Assembly (NCBI RefSeq): GCF_018977255.1
Contig: NW_024704744.1
Location: 67,890,001-67,954,000 of the forward strand
DNA length: 64,000 bases
Reading direction: 5' to 3'
Origin: Callorhinchus milii
Lineage: Eukaryota
In this document: piece by piece, positions 26,671 through 38,177 of the stretch
How positions within the stretch are numbered: the first letter of the stretch is position 1
Layout: the number at the start of each line of letters is the position of its first letter
Translations under genes and position numbers: made by a program
The notes under the pieces: generated by a model
The model's input: the letters and a program-made list of their open reading frames with translations, nothing else
Told to the model about the DNA's origin: nothing
Database searches by the model: none

Positions 26671-27848
26671 CCAATAAATTCTGATCAAAATATTCTGTGA
26701 AACACTGAAATTTGTTGGTCATAATTGTTTCAATGAGTATTTACTGTAATAACCTTATAGGTTAAAATCTTCACAGGTATCATGAAATGCAAGATAATCA
26801 AATTTCATGGATTAGTGTCAAAAGAAAAAATAATTGCTATAGTCATATGCTGATGCATATGCTGTGGTAAATTTTCCCTATGGATTAGATAATTCTTGGC
26901 AAACTGAGAGCCAAGATAAAATGTTGAGTCAAACTTGCAGGGTCCAAATTCACAAATTGAGAAGCCCTGGTCCTTCCAGACCAGTGGATGCTCTGTATTT
27001 CAGTTGCTCTAATAGGCATGTGTAGAGCTTATTTCTTAACACAATATCAGTGTCATTGGCAAGTGTGCTTTTTTAATCATTATTATCACAGAATTTTATC
27101 GTAAACGTCTGTTGAAAAACATCTAAAGTCCTTTTGGCTTCTTGCATCTCATAACTTTTTGTTTTGGAATGCAACGTTTTAAATTAGAAGTGCTGAAGAG
27201 TGGCGTACACTGGCTTTTTTCCTCCATAAATAAGATACACTAATTGGTGAACTTTCAACAATAGTGTATGTTCAGATTGTTTCTACAATATTGCCAAAAC
27301 GTTAAAACCGCTGCCAGATAATTGTGGGTTCCTGTGGCATTATCCAGTGAATAAATTTGTTTATTGATATTTATTTATTGTTACATTGATATTCTAAATT
27401 TCTAAAAGATTTAATGTAGCCCACACACAAGTATTTTATTCCTTGAACAATTGCATTATACACTCTGACTATTAATATTCTGAACCAGAAGTTCCTTTAG
27501 TCCCAGGGGATAGAGACGTTTGAAACTCAAAGCTTATTGTCGTACCAAGTATAAATCACACTGGCCTCCTCTCCTTGGTTTGGTGTGTTCAGCAGGTCTG
27601 TGTTTTAAATATTATTTGAAGAGATGTTGATAATTTTTTAACAAGAACCTTCATGTTTCCCAACTCTGGAAGGTGTTGCTTGTCTCATATAATTGAACAA
27701 AAAGTAAGGTACAGGTTTTGGTTAAGGTGCTGGGTTGGTTGCCTCTTACAAACGATGTGCATGCTAGGCATCTGTTTAGGTTTCATATTAAGAGTAGACT
27801 TAGGCTATTAAATGTTTGCTCTTTTTGTTCTCCTTTCCTGGTGTGTAG

Positions 27849-28027
27849 ATGCTTGAAGTACGATTACATTATGAAATAAGTGATCTTGAATCACCAGATA
27901 TTGATCAGGTAACAGTGCTGCCAACCACATGTCAGGTATCCAACTCTCTGACAGCAAGTTCTCAGTCTCACCCTTCCACAAGTAGCACTTCATCAGATGG
28001 TCTCCGTGATAATGTTCCCTGCTTAAA
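27849..28027 (+). CDS. STXBP5: STXBP5 coding exon, 179 nt
   Basis: gtgtag|ATG CTT GAA...TTA AA|gtgagt; MLEVRLHYEISDLES...SHPSTSSTSSDGLRDNVPCLK; phase 0-2. Confidence 0.95.
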
Positions 28028-28718
28028 GTGAGTATTAAACAGCAAAAGGAAATTTGGGATGATTCAGATTCATTCTAATGTATGGGGATAAAAATGCAGA
28101 AAATCATTATGTTGTCAGTGAGGCATCTTCTTGTTGATGCAGACTTAGGATAAAGGGACGATTTGTTAGGCTTCAAGATTGTGGCAATAAAATGGTGAGC
28201 AAGATAATGATAAACACAAAGATAACGTGTTGTCTGTAATAGCGATGGCTACTCTGATAATAATCCCGTTGCATAATGTTACAGGTCTTCAGCTCTCACT
28301 TCACTATCATCTTCATTATCTTTGTGTGTGTGTGTCACACCACCTTTACTGACCTCAGCAATCAAAATAAACGCTACATTTTTTTAAAAAAGAGCTTTGT
28401 TCAATCCATTTAGCGTCAATATTCACTTTATAAACAAAGATCATTATTATTATTCTATTGGCTCACAAATCCCTCAATAGAAAGTCTGATTTTAAGAGTT
28501 AAGAATATGTTAGAAGAGAAATATAACATCTTATATCATTTTGAAGTGACTGATATTTCACGAACAGAAGTAATATTCGTGTATTAACTTTTACTAAGTG
28601 TAGTGTGTTTATTAATCTGCTTAACTTTCTTAGTCCAATGCTAAATCTGTTTGGAGCACACATCTGTCAATTTTTCTAGCACTGCAGTTGGTAAATCAAA
28701 GTCATTGGCCTGTAATTC

Positions 28719-28889
28719 TCCAGGGCAGTGCTGATGACAGCACAGCCAGCCAGGGTCATCGAAAGGATTTGGAAGGGCAGACCAGTAACTGGGGGCAGGT
28801 TCTCTTCCCACTCAACTGTTAACCCTGCAAACCAAAACCCTAACGGACAGTGTGATCTTAGCGAGACAAACAGTGGGAAAGCTTGCCAG
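28719..28889. repeat. Unclassified dispersed repeat; second copy at 40432-40592
   Basis: tccagggcagtgctgatgacagcacag...ttggaagg...actgggggcagg...ctcttccc...ttgccag aligns colinearly between the two loci. Confidence 0.75.
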
Positions 28890-29597
28890 ATGTATATTGA
28901 AACTGTTGTAACTTTTTGTGGGAGATGATCAATCCTATTAATTTGATTAAAACAAAAAATGGGGATAAAAATAGAAATTGCTGAAAATGTGTAGCAAGTC
29001 CACCAGAAAAAGCAAACTGTAGGTCAGTGTTTTGAGTTGTGACCAGTTATTAGAACTGACTTGATAGTGAGTACTATCAATAAAGAAAAAACATTAATTT
29101 CTGATTTCTATTTGAAAGCAAAGTAATTGTTTATATAGTGTTTTTTCCAATGCTATACCATTTCCTTCAGTTTTCCTTTTAATCTGTGTGTGTTCCAGGT
29201 ACATTTATTGGGCGTGTTCAGTCTGTTAGTGTTTTCAATAAATATGCTATTCTGGTAGCCCTTGGCATGTCCTGGTCAGAATTATGATGTGACCATGCCA
29301 GTTTTCCATGGTTTGGCTTTTGATCAGCTGAGAAAAGATCTTTAAAGCCAAGTTTCAGTCAATGATAACTGACTTTATTTTGACTATTGCTGCTGCCCCC
29401 AAAATAGAAGATAGGAACCAGGAGGGAGAGTATGACATGTAAAAGATTTTAAACTGAACAAGGTATAATTTAAAGGTAGCATTTAAACTTGATATGAAAC
29501 ATTTACCTTCAAAGCTTTCTTCATCTACACAATCTCTAATATTTTGTTATTTACCAGTTCTACTCTTTTACATTGTGTTCTTTGTTCCCTTTACAAG

Positions 29598-29723
29598 AAT
29601 TAAAAGTACTCCATTAAAACAAGGGCCAGGTTACCAGGCTGAAGTAGTGATTCAGTTGGTTTGGGTTAATGGAGAACCACCACAACAGATCACCAGTCTA
29701 GCAGTAAATTCAGCATATGGACT
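29598..29723 (+). CDS. STXBP5: STXBP5 coding exon, 126 nt
   Basis: tttacaag|A ATT AAA...GGA CT|gtaagt; IKSTPLKQGPGYQAEVVIQLVWVNGEPPQQITSLAVNSAYGL; phase 2-2. Confidence 0.95.
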
Positions 29724-29774
29724 GTAAGTATAAGTCACATTTTATAAAACTTTGGTTTCTGCAGAATAAATTGA

Positions 29775-30030
29775 CAGAGAGCAGGGGGTAGGGGGGCCGG
29801 TAAGCTTCTGGGGGTAAGAGCCAGTGGAGCCAGTCAGCAGAAGGTCATGCAGGAGAGAAGGTGAGATCTGGAGTAGATGATCTGGAGCTTTTTGGGGATT
29901 GATCAGTTCCGAAGATGTTGAAGAATTCCGATCTAGAGGTGGCAAAGGCACGGATGATCATTTTGCCTACGGTGAGGGTGAGGTGGTGACTGAAGCGGGT
30001 GATATTGTGGAGACAAAGAGAAGCAGAATT
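29775..30030 (-). mobile_element. Decayed L2 ORF2 fragment
   Basis: Purine-rich; the reverse strand resembles the HLRNI...LT...IHAFVTSRLDY..SL region of L2. Confidence 0.5.
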
Positions 30031-30950
30031 TTGTGCTCATGTAGTGAAGATCGAAGACATTTCCCATTTTGGCACCAATACCTCCATCAATTACTTCAGA
30101 TCATCTATTGTAAACTGAGTTACTGAGGGAAGTTGCCTTGCACTGAACATTTATCAACCCGAAAGCACCGGAGTGGTATTACTTTCCATATCAGTTACCC
30201 TGTCCTCTGAGTGACATTGCCAGTCGAGGGCAGTTTGGGGTTTTCAGTCCACTTTAACAAGGAGCTGGAATCAGGCTGCCCGACCTTATTTCACAGATGA
30301 TCCTTACAGCTGATAGATGAGACTTTTATCCCATTCTCCTGAGCAGGATTAAGAGGATTTAAACTTTATCCTGTTTAACTTAATTATTAACGAGCAGCCC
30401 TTTGAACAATTGTGTATACATTTTACTTTAGAATGGGCCAGATGGACTGCAAAGGTCTTTCCTGGGTCCTGTTACTAAGGTTTGTTCTGATGTAACTGAT
30501 GCATCATCTTTCACGTAGTGCAAATAGGGAGAGGAGGGAAGATGTGAGGTTACACAATGGTCTGTGACTTTTTCTCATTCTGTTGCAAAGCGCAAAAAAA
30601 GAAAGCATGAAACAAGAGAAGGCCATTTGGCTCAGCTGCTCCTTCCACAGCGATGTGCAATTTTATCTCTTAGACTCTGCCCAATTCATTTAATCTCTGG
30701 AAGGAAATTGTGAGGTTGTCTGTGCTGTGAAAAGGAATTAAGACTGCTGAGTAGATTTGTGGTAGAATTTGCAGCTCAGACACACCAAGACCAAAGATTG
30801 CCTCACCACAATTCTATTTTTTAAAAAATGTACTGTATATGTACAATTTCAAGTAAGATTTTGACCAAAAAGTTGGGCGATGGTCGTACTCCTTTGTCCA
30901 GTTATCAAATGGCAGGTCTGTCAGTCTTAGATACCTAAAATTCTGAATCT

Positions 30951-31286
30951 TGTGGAGTTCTGTCACTTAGCGATTAGAGCTCTCACTCACAAGTGGGAGG
31001 ACCTGGGTTCAATTCCCAGGCAGGGCGAAACATTCGGCACATTTCCTTACTCCAAACGCCTCTGTACACCGAGCAGTAAGTAGGAACCCGGTTGTTAGTC
31101 GATTGGTGGATCGCTTTTCCGGGGGTGTAATAAAAAATAATAATAATAATTTGGTCACTCAACCCACAACTGATTGTGGGACACTGCTGTGCGCAATTGG
31201 CTGCCACATTTCTCCCACAAAATATACAGTCAATTCGTTTTACAGTATATTCTGTGACCTGCTTTGATGCAAGGATTAGTATTATT
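30951..31286 (+). mobile_element. Full-length older tRNA-SINE with a central Meta-domain-like block
   Basis: Head tgtggagttctgtc...gggttcaattccc (B box); centre gcctctgtacaccgagcagtaagtaggaacccgg; shared 3' module. Confidence 0.8.
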
Positions 31287-32073
31287 CCAATCCTCCCTCA
31301 ATATATAACAGTCATGTGATTGTTTAGTACACACCTGGACTTTTATTAAAATGAGTCGGCCATGTAATCCAGTTCTAATAATGATCAGTGCAGAGCGCTT
31401 AGCTTTGAACAGAATGGTTGGAGCGATCCGAGTGCATTCTGTACCATGTACCATTCTGTGCTGGAGTTGGCAAATTGAACTACTTCAGAAACTGGCTCCT
31501 CCAGGTGGCACGAGGAGTGCAGTGCAGTTTGATTCATATTGCCCAAGTCCCTGCTGTTACTGCACATTCGACGAAAATAATGTGCAACAAAAATATAGCA
31601 AAACTAAACTCATTGTATGCACCAACGGTAAGAGTTTTAGCAATAGAGATCAGAAAGAAAACAAAGAGGCAATCCGGGCTAAATGTTTTGCCTCTGATTC
31701 TAACAAACCGAAGAGGGAAAAGAGAAGATAATATCGTTTTGGAGTGGAGATAGAATGACAGTAAAGAGCCAATAAATTACAAAAACAGATCAGGTTGATT
31801 AAAAAGGAATATCCCAAAAAGAAAACATAGAGTAAATCAATAAGGTTAGAAACTTTATGATTTAAAATAGTTTATTTCTGGCTGTATGTATGATATAGCT
31901 GTCCACATATTGGCTGCCCCATTTGCCTGGAAAATATGGTCACTGCCCTTTACAGTAAGAACTTGTGAAGCTCTTTGGCACTACATCAAATGCAAGGACT
32001 ATATTAGTTGGTTGACAGGATGAAAATTAAGTATGCTGTTGAGCTGAACAATCCATGGTTCCAACTGGGAGAT

Positions 32074-32395
32074 TGTGGAGTCCTGTAGCTCAGTGGTTAG
32101 AGCACTCGCTTTGCAAGTGAGAGACCTGAGTTCAATTCCAGGCAGGGCGAAACCTTGAGCAAGTTTCCTTACTCCACACAGAGCCTAATAATAATCCCTC
32201 CAAAACAAAACAATAATAAATTGGTCATTTTCAATCCACGACTGTTTGTGGGACATTGCTGTGCGCAATTGGCTGCCGCGTTCGCCCACAAATATACAGT
32301 CAATTCACTTTACAGTATATTCTGTGAAGCGCTTTGGGACGTCTAGAAGATGTGAAAAGCGTTATATCAAATGCAAGGATTATTATTATTATTAT
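32074..32395 (+). mobile_element. Full-length young tRNA(Ala-like)-derived SINE
   Basis: A box tagctcagtgg, anticodon arm ctcgc-tttgcaa-gtgag (TGC), B box gagttcaattcc, L2-like 3' stem-loop and (att)n tail. Confidence 0.9.
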
Positions 32396-33608
32396 CACAA
32401 CGTAAATTAAACCATATTCCAGCCACCAATAACATTCCACCTGGACTTCTGTAAGATCCGCCCCAAGTAAAGAGAGAGAAAGGTCGCACTAATAATGGGA
32501 ACACGAAAACATTTGTGAATAGAAAGATTTTTTAATTGGCTTATTAGTCTAAAGATATATCGAGGCACATTGAAGCACCCACTAGTGGTGTACACTTCAA
32601 CTTTGTGGTGCAGGAAAAAAATAGTTATTAATGCACAATGCTGAACCAGTATCTGGGAGAGAAATATAGGATAGTATTTCGGGTGAAATCCTTCATCAGA
32701 ACTGAAATGGTTGGACTGAAGAAGTCGCTTTAGAGGATTGAAGAGGCACGTATGACCAGGCAAAAAAACTTAAGGCCCGAGGAGCAATTTCTAATTAAAT
32801 GAAAATTGCTAACGACATATTGTACAAGAAGACAGCTGTACCTTAATAATAGATCGTAAAATACTGTAAAGAGGGGTTAAGCAGTTGTATATGATGCAAA
32901 GCTAATCTGTTAGGAGTAGGATATCCTTATTAGTAAGAGAGGCTTATGTTTACGATGTCACTAAGTCAACGTGTTCAAATTCTTCTGAATATACGATTTA
33001 CTTTTCAAAAAATTTCGATAGAACCAATATGTTGCTTATTGAAAAAAAATGCACAAAGAAAGATCATTCAGCCTAACATATTTGCTCTTCCACATGAACT
33101 ACAGCTCATCTTGAACTCAACATAACCCACTCAATCTCCAGTAGAAAGGTTTGCAAATTCTTTCTCTTGAAAAATCAGCAAACCCAGAATACACCTTTAA
33201 TCCTCTTCTCACATTATACAGTATATCCCTGACCAATTACTTTTCTTGGTACTAATTCCATAGTCCTAGCAGTTCATCATTTTCCACACAGCATTGAATT
33301 CCTTCTGTCTATGTGGTGACAAGGGGCTGACAATGATGCCAAAAGAGACTAATTTCTCTATTTTACCTGGTATGTAAGCATGAATTCATTCAGAACTATA
33401 CATACAGTCACACACTTGACAGAAATAAACTGTAAAGCACTTTGGAAATTTCAACTTCAGGTGTTACATCAAATGCAGGGATTTTTCTATATATTAGATT
33501 TTAACAATCAATTTTCCAGGTTACATTACTTGTTTTGATGTTTAGTTAGTGGTGAGCTAGCGAAGAGGATTTTATTTTCCTAAAGCAGTTCAATCTTTTT
33601 CCTTTCAG

Positions 33609-33760
33609 TTTGGTATTTGGGAACTCAAATGGCATTGCAATGGTCGATTATATTCAGAAGACTGTACTGCTCAACTTCACTACAATAGAATTATACGGCT
33701 CCAATGATCCTTATCAGAGACAACCCAAGTCTCCTCGCAAAACACGGCAAGCCTCTGGAG
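33609..33760 (+). CDS. STXBP5: STXBP5 coding exon, 152 nt
   Basis: tttcag|T TTG GTA...GGA G|gtaagc; LVFGNSNGIAMVDYIQKTVLLNFTTIELYGSNDPYQRQPKSPRKTRQASG; phase 2-1. Confidence 0.96.
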
Positions 33761-36700
33761 GTAAGCACCAATAGCCTTTAGTTTAAAGAATAATGCAGCC
33801 CATAACTGATCTTTGTAGGACTTTAGTAGATGATATGTGCCATGTCCACACAAAAAACAATCTTAAAATAAATGCACGAACAACCAGTTATCCACTGCAG
33901 AAAGGTAGGTTTGTGGTTAATGTGCAGGTAGTCAACTTATGAAATGGCATTGAGTTAAACAGGTTGTAATGGCAAATGAAAGGTCCACTGGAGCAGTAGC
34001 TGATTATATTGATAATTGGAACAATTGTACATGATTGAAGTGGGATAAGTACATTGTGCATTTACCGCTGCTCTTTAAAGACCCTCTGCCTGGGTAATTA
34101 ATTAAGGGATCTCCTGTTTTTTAAGTGAGGTGAATTTATTGTTTATGTGCAGGTTTATTTTGACCGCTAGTTTGTTTTTCGTTGCACAGAATTTGTTCTA
34201 AGCATATGAAGCAACTTTATTCATTACATGAAGTTTAATAGAGCTAATCTTGGAATAGATAAATGTCCATGAAATTAAGAATTGGAGAATAAAAGGAAAA
34301 GGGGAATTTTGGAGAAAATAAGTAACCTTGTAGATACCAAAGCATGGTTTTAGGATTTAATTAGGCAGATAGTTACCACAGTCTTCTTATTTTAATACCT
34401 GACTAAATGATAAATAAAATTCAGTTGTGTTAAAGTATCGCAAGGAAAATCATTGAATTGAATTTCAGGTGCTGCAACATCAAATGCATTAATAACAAGC
34501 CACTGAATTTCAAACTTGCTTATGGGAAAAGCATAAATGTATAAATTTTACATACGTAAAGATGGTCTGTGTGGTTAACCTTCTGCTGTTATCCTTTTAT
34601 ATGGTTGCTTCTTTATTAGTTGTTCAAAACCAGGTTGTTAATCCCTACATAATTCAAATGTGTTTATTTTAAAGAAAGACACTGAAGGTGTGGTAATTAC
34701 TATCGCTCCATCTGTACTCACTTAACAATCATAGCTAAACAGAACAATTTATTTGGCTATATTTCTGTTTGATGATTTGAAATATTTTTGTTCAGTACTG
34801 AGTGCTAAGGTAAACAATTCTAATTGATGATGAGACTTGCTTGGGTCTAAATTGGTGTCAATTAAACGTTTTTCTTTCTAGTACTGGTTCACAGATAAGA
34901 ACGTGCAAACATTTATTGCATTTTCCATCTGTTTGTGGAGATCACTGTATTCGTAAATTACAGAATTACTGTTCGATTTCTACTTAATCTGAGGGCATTT
35001 TCCAGGGTTGTGTAATATCTGTGTGTTGTCAAATCTACAAACAATGAGCCTGGTGTACTTCAATTCTTTTAAAATTGAATTCTGGTTAAGGTGAATTAAT
35101 CAAATAATATACTCTCCGAATATTAGTTTCAGACTTAAAACACACCAACGTGTCCATGCAATAACGCTGTTATATGTTGGCATGATATAAAACAATTAAA
35201 TGTTTGGTAGTCATGCTTCACTTAATCCTCTTCCAGGAATCAAATTACAACATAACATGCTCTTTGTTTCTCTGAATAATCACTGGAATTATATTTGTGG
35301 CAGATATCAAGGTTATTTTAGGTAGTTGCTCCCTTTTTCATAGTGTTTCATGTTGATTAACATGTGCCATGCACTAACAGGAGGAAACCAATTCTTCCTA
35401 CAATGGCAGAATTTAAATTCTAAATCAACTATATTCAGCTCAATGTATAGCTGAGCATTTGATACATGGTAGAGATTTTGCCTCATTTGGACATGATGCT
35501 TAATTACTCAATTAATTTACCTGTTGAACTGTTTTGAAACATAAAAAGCTTTTAGGCACCAAAAATATTTTAGAAAGCCACCTGATTATTTCAATTTGAA
35601 GGATTACTGTTATGGTTATTGTGTGATGATCTAGATCTGTTTTTCAACATGGAGCCTTGCAAATTATTTTTGCAGCTTTTAGTTGATAAAATGGACATAT
35701 TTTCCTTTCACATATTTTCAGTAGAATTCACAGAGCCCTGAGTTTTGCAGATCAATTGTTGCTCCATCTACAACTAGCATTTGCTGCTGAAACACAAGAA
35801 GTAACCTTTGCAGAAAGACAGGCGTAGATTTAACTTAAAACATATGTTCAGCGTCTCTGAGGAGTTTTATCTTAAATGGGTTTAAGTTTGAGAGAGATTT
35901 TCCCCCTCTATCCTTGGTTTCATCAAGCATTTCTTTGTCTTGCTAAACCCCATTTTTGTAGTGTTGGCTAAAGTTGCTTTTCAGGAAGGGAGAAAAATAT
36001 CGAGTTGCTGGTTAATATGAGAACAATATGAAATAGAGTGGGTAAGATACAAAGTTGTAAGGACTTTGAGAAGGGTTTAACATCTGTCTGTTTCTATCTT
36101 AGTTCTCAAGCATTGCACATATTGTTAGCTCAACATCCATGTTTTGTTTTGGTTAAGTGGCAATGTGTAAGCATTCTCAGGAAAAAATGAGGAGCACAAT
36201 CTAGTGGGAAAACGTGCCCATCTAACTATCATTGGATTTTAGATCCAGCTAAATGACACGAAAGAAGCAATCACTAGCTACACCACCAATCCAGATCTTA
36301 CCATGAATTGGCTGGGGGCATACAGCTGCAGAACACCTTCACATGAGTAAATTACAATGAGTAGGAGCTCCAGATACATACACAAACAATGCCAGGAAAC
36401 TGTATCTCTACAATTTTCAAGTATTAATTTTGAGTTAGGCATTTCAGGAGGTGATGTGACTATTTTATATCTTAAAAAATTGAGGAGGCCTCACCAACAT
36501 AGCTGTCACGTACTGGAGACATTTTTTCCCACTTTTTAAAAGAATTATTGATTCATGAAGACCAATCTGTTGTGAATCCAAAGATAACTCCAATATTGTA
36601 CAAAAGGCTGTCAACAACATAGATTCAGACAGCAGTTCTTCATTAAGAAGCAAACTGCATACCAGTGTCAAAACATCAAATCAGTGATGCTTAAGTAAAA

Positions 36701-38093
36701 AGGAATGCCATCTTGAAACTTTTATCATCAAATTATTCTATTTGTGGATCAATAATCACTATCCAAGCTGGATCGTGGCAAAAGTGCTGGAGTATGTACT
36801 AGAATAGGTGCTTAATTTTTAGTCTTTCTTAGATTCATGAACTTGGTGCTGCTTATCACACTTTAGATTTTTACCCTTCACTGACCCCACTGCTGACATA
36901 AGTTGTTAAAACAATTTTACCCAAGCCTCAATGGTTCTCAAGCTTCGCTTCTCGTCTATATTTTGCCTTTTGTTGTAACAGATTGAATTGATGTCCCACA
37001 ATTGAATCAAATTATCTCACTGGCTTTTGAGTAGAGCCAACCTATCTTAAATGTAGCTCTATTAGGTCACAAGTCATTTATATTTTCACAAATCTACATC
37101 AAAGTTAACATTTCTACATAAATGATAGTGCCATGATCAAAGCACTGATTTACAATTTATCAAGTAACTTGATAGCAAGCTTTAAATTGGAAGACAGCAA
37201 TAATCTTGTGGATGGGAATTCTGTTACAGCAGCACATGAGTTTATTGCTTTGGAATATATCAGAATTAAGCCCATTATCCCAGATTCGGATCAAAACCTA
37301 ATATTTAATAAGCTCGCTATTTAAGTTTATGCTTTCATAAGAGCAGAGTGTTAGGCTACAATACAGCATTCTTATTTATTTAAAAATGTACTTATTATAA
37401 ACCATCTTTATAACCCAACAAACAGTATTTCGGGTTTTTATTACTTCGGGTGTATTTCTGATTTTTGTAGGTCCATAGTCAACCCATGCTGTAAACACTT
37501 AACCAGGATTATCAAGAGGTTTCCTTGAACATGACTCCATTGCTTGCATTAACATTGAAGTCATCGAATGTTAATGCAAGTTATAACCATGGCATTTGTA
37601 CCTTATTGCCAACTGTGTATTTGATGAAAAATACTATCAGTTCCAAATGTGTAAGGAAAATTCTATTTCAGTAGAATCAAGTTTGGAAGTGAAGCTCTGT
37701 GTATATTGCTGATTTAATAAATGTCAATTTCCTTCGAAGGTGAAATGAAAGATTAGTTGAACCACAAGGATTGAACACTACAGATAAAATGCCCTCAGAG
37801 GATCAACCATTATAAATGAAAATTTGTTTCTGCTTTCTTCATTCGTTAAGTTTTCTTGCAACTGCATGTGCTTTTTCTGTCTTGTCATAAATACACAAAT
37901 ATATTGTTGGGGATCATAAAAGCCAGTTTGGGTAAATCTTCCATAGGAATGTAATTTTTTAATGTTTTAATTTCTTGTCTGTCTGAAGATTGCATTATCT
38001 GATGATGTGTTCTAAGTTTTTGTCTAGCAGGATATTTCTGCCAAACCATACTACTTTGGTGTCTTCGTCTTTCCTTTTCCATTGCTTCATAAG

Positions 38094-38177
38094 GCATGTT
38101 GACCGTGACTTCTTGCATGTGCGGCCTGTCTAGTTTGTATTCTGAATCTATGAAAAGGCTACGCTCTTCATACCTAA
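38094..38177 (+). CDS. STXBP5: Putative alternative cassette exon (84 nt) homologous to the STXBP5L xb-specific exon
   Basis: Long pyrimidine tract, cataag|GC...CTA A|gtaagt; open phase 1-1 frame GMLTVTSCMCGLSSLYSESMKRLRSSYL(S); similar to remembered STXBP5L NFCMRGLSNFYPDLTKRIRTSYQS at the same gene position. Confidence 0.82.

Noticed and set aside
32074-32150. tRNA-Ala(TGC) gene
   Set aside because: No proper acceptor stem, and it runs straight into the SINE body and tail; it is a SINE head
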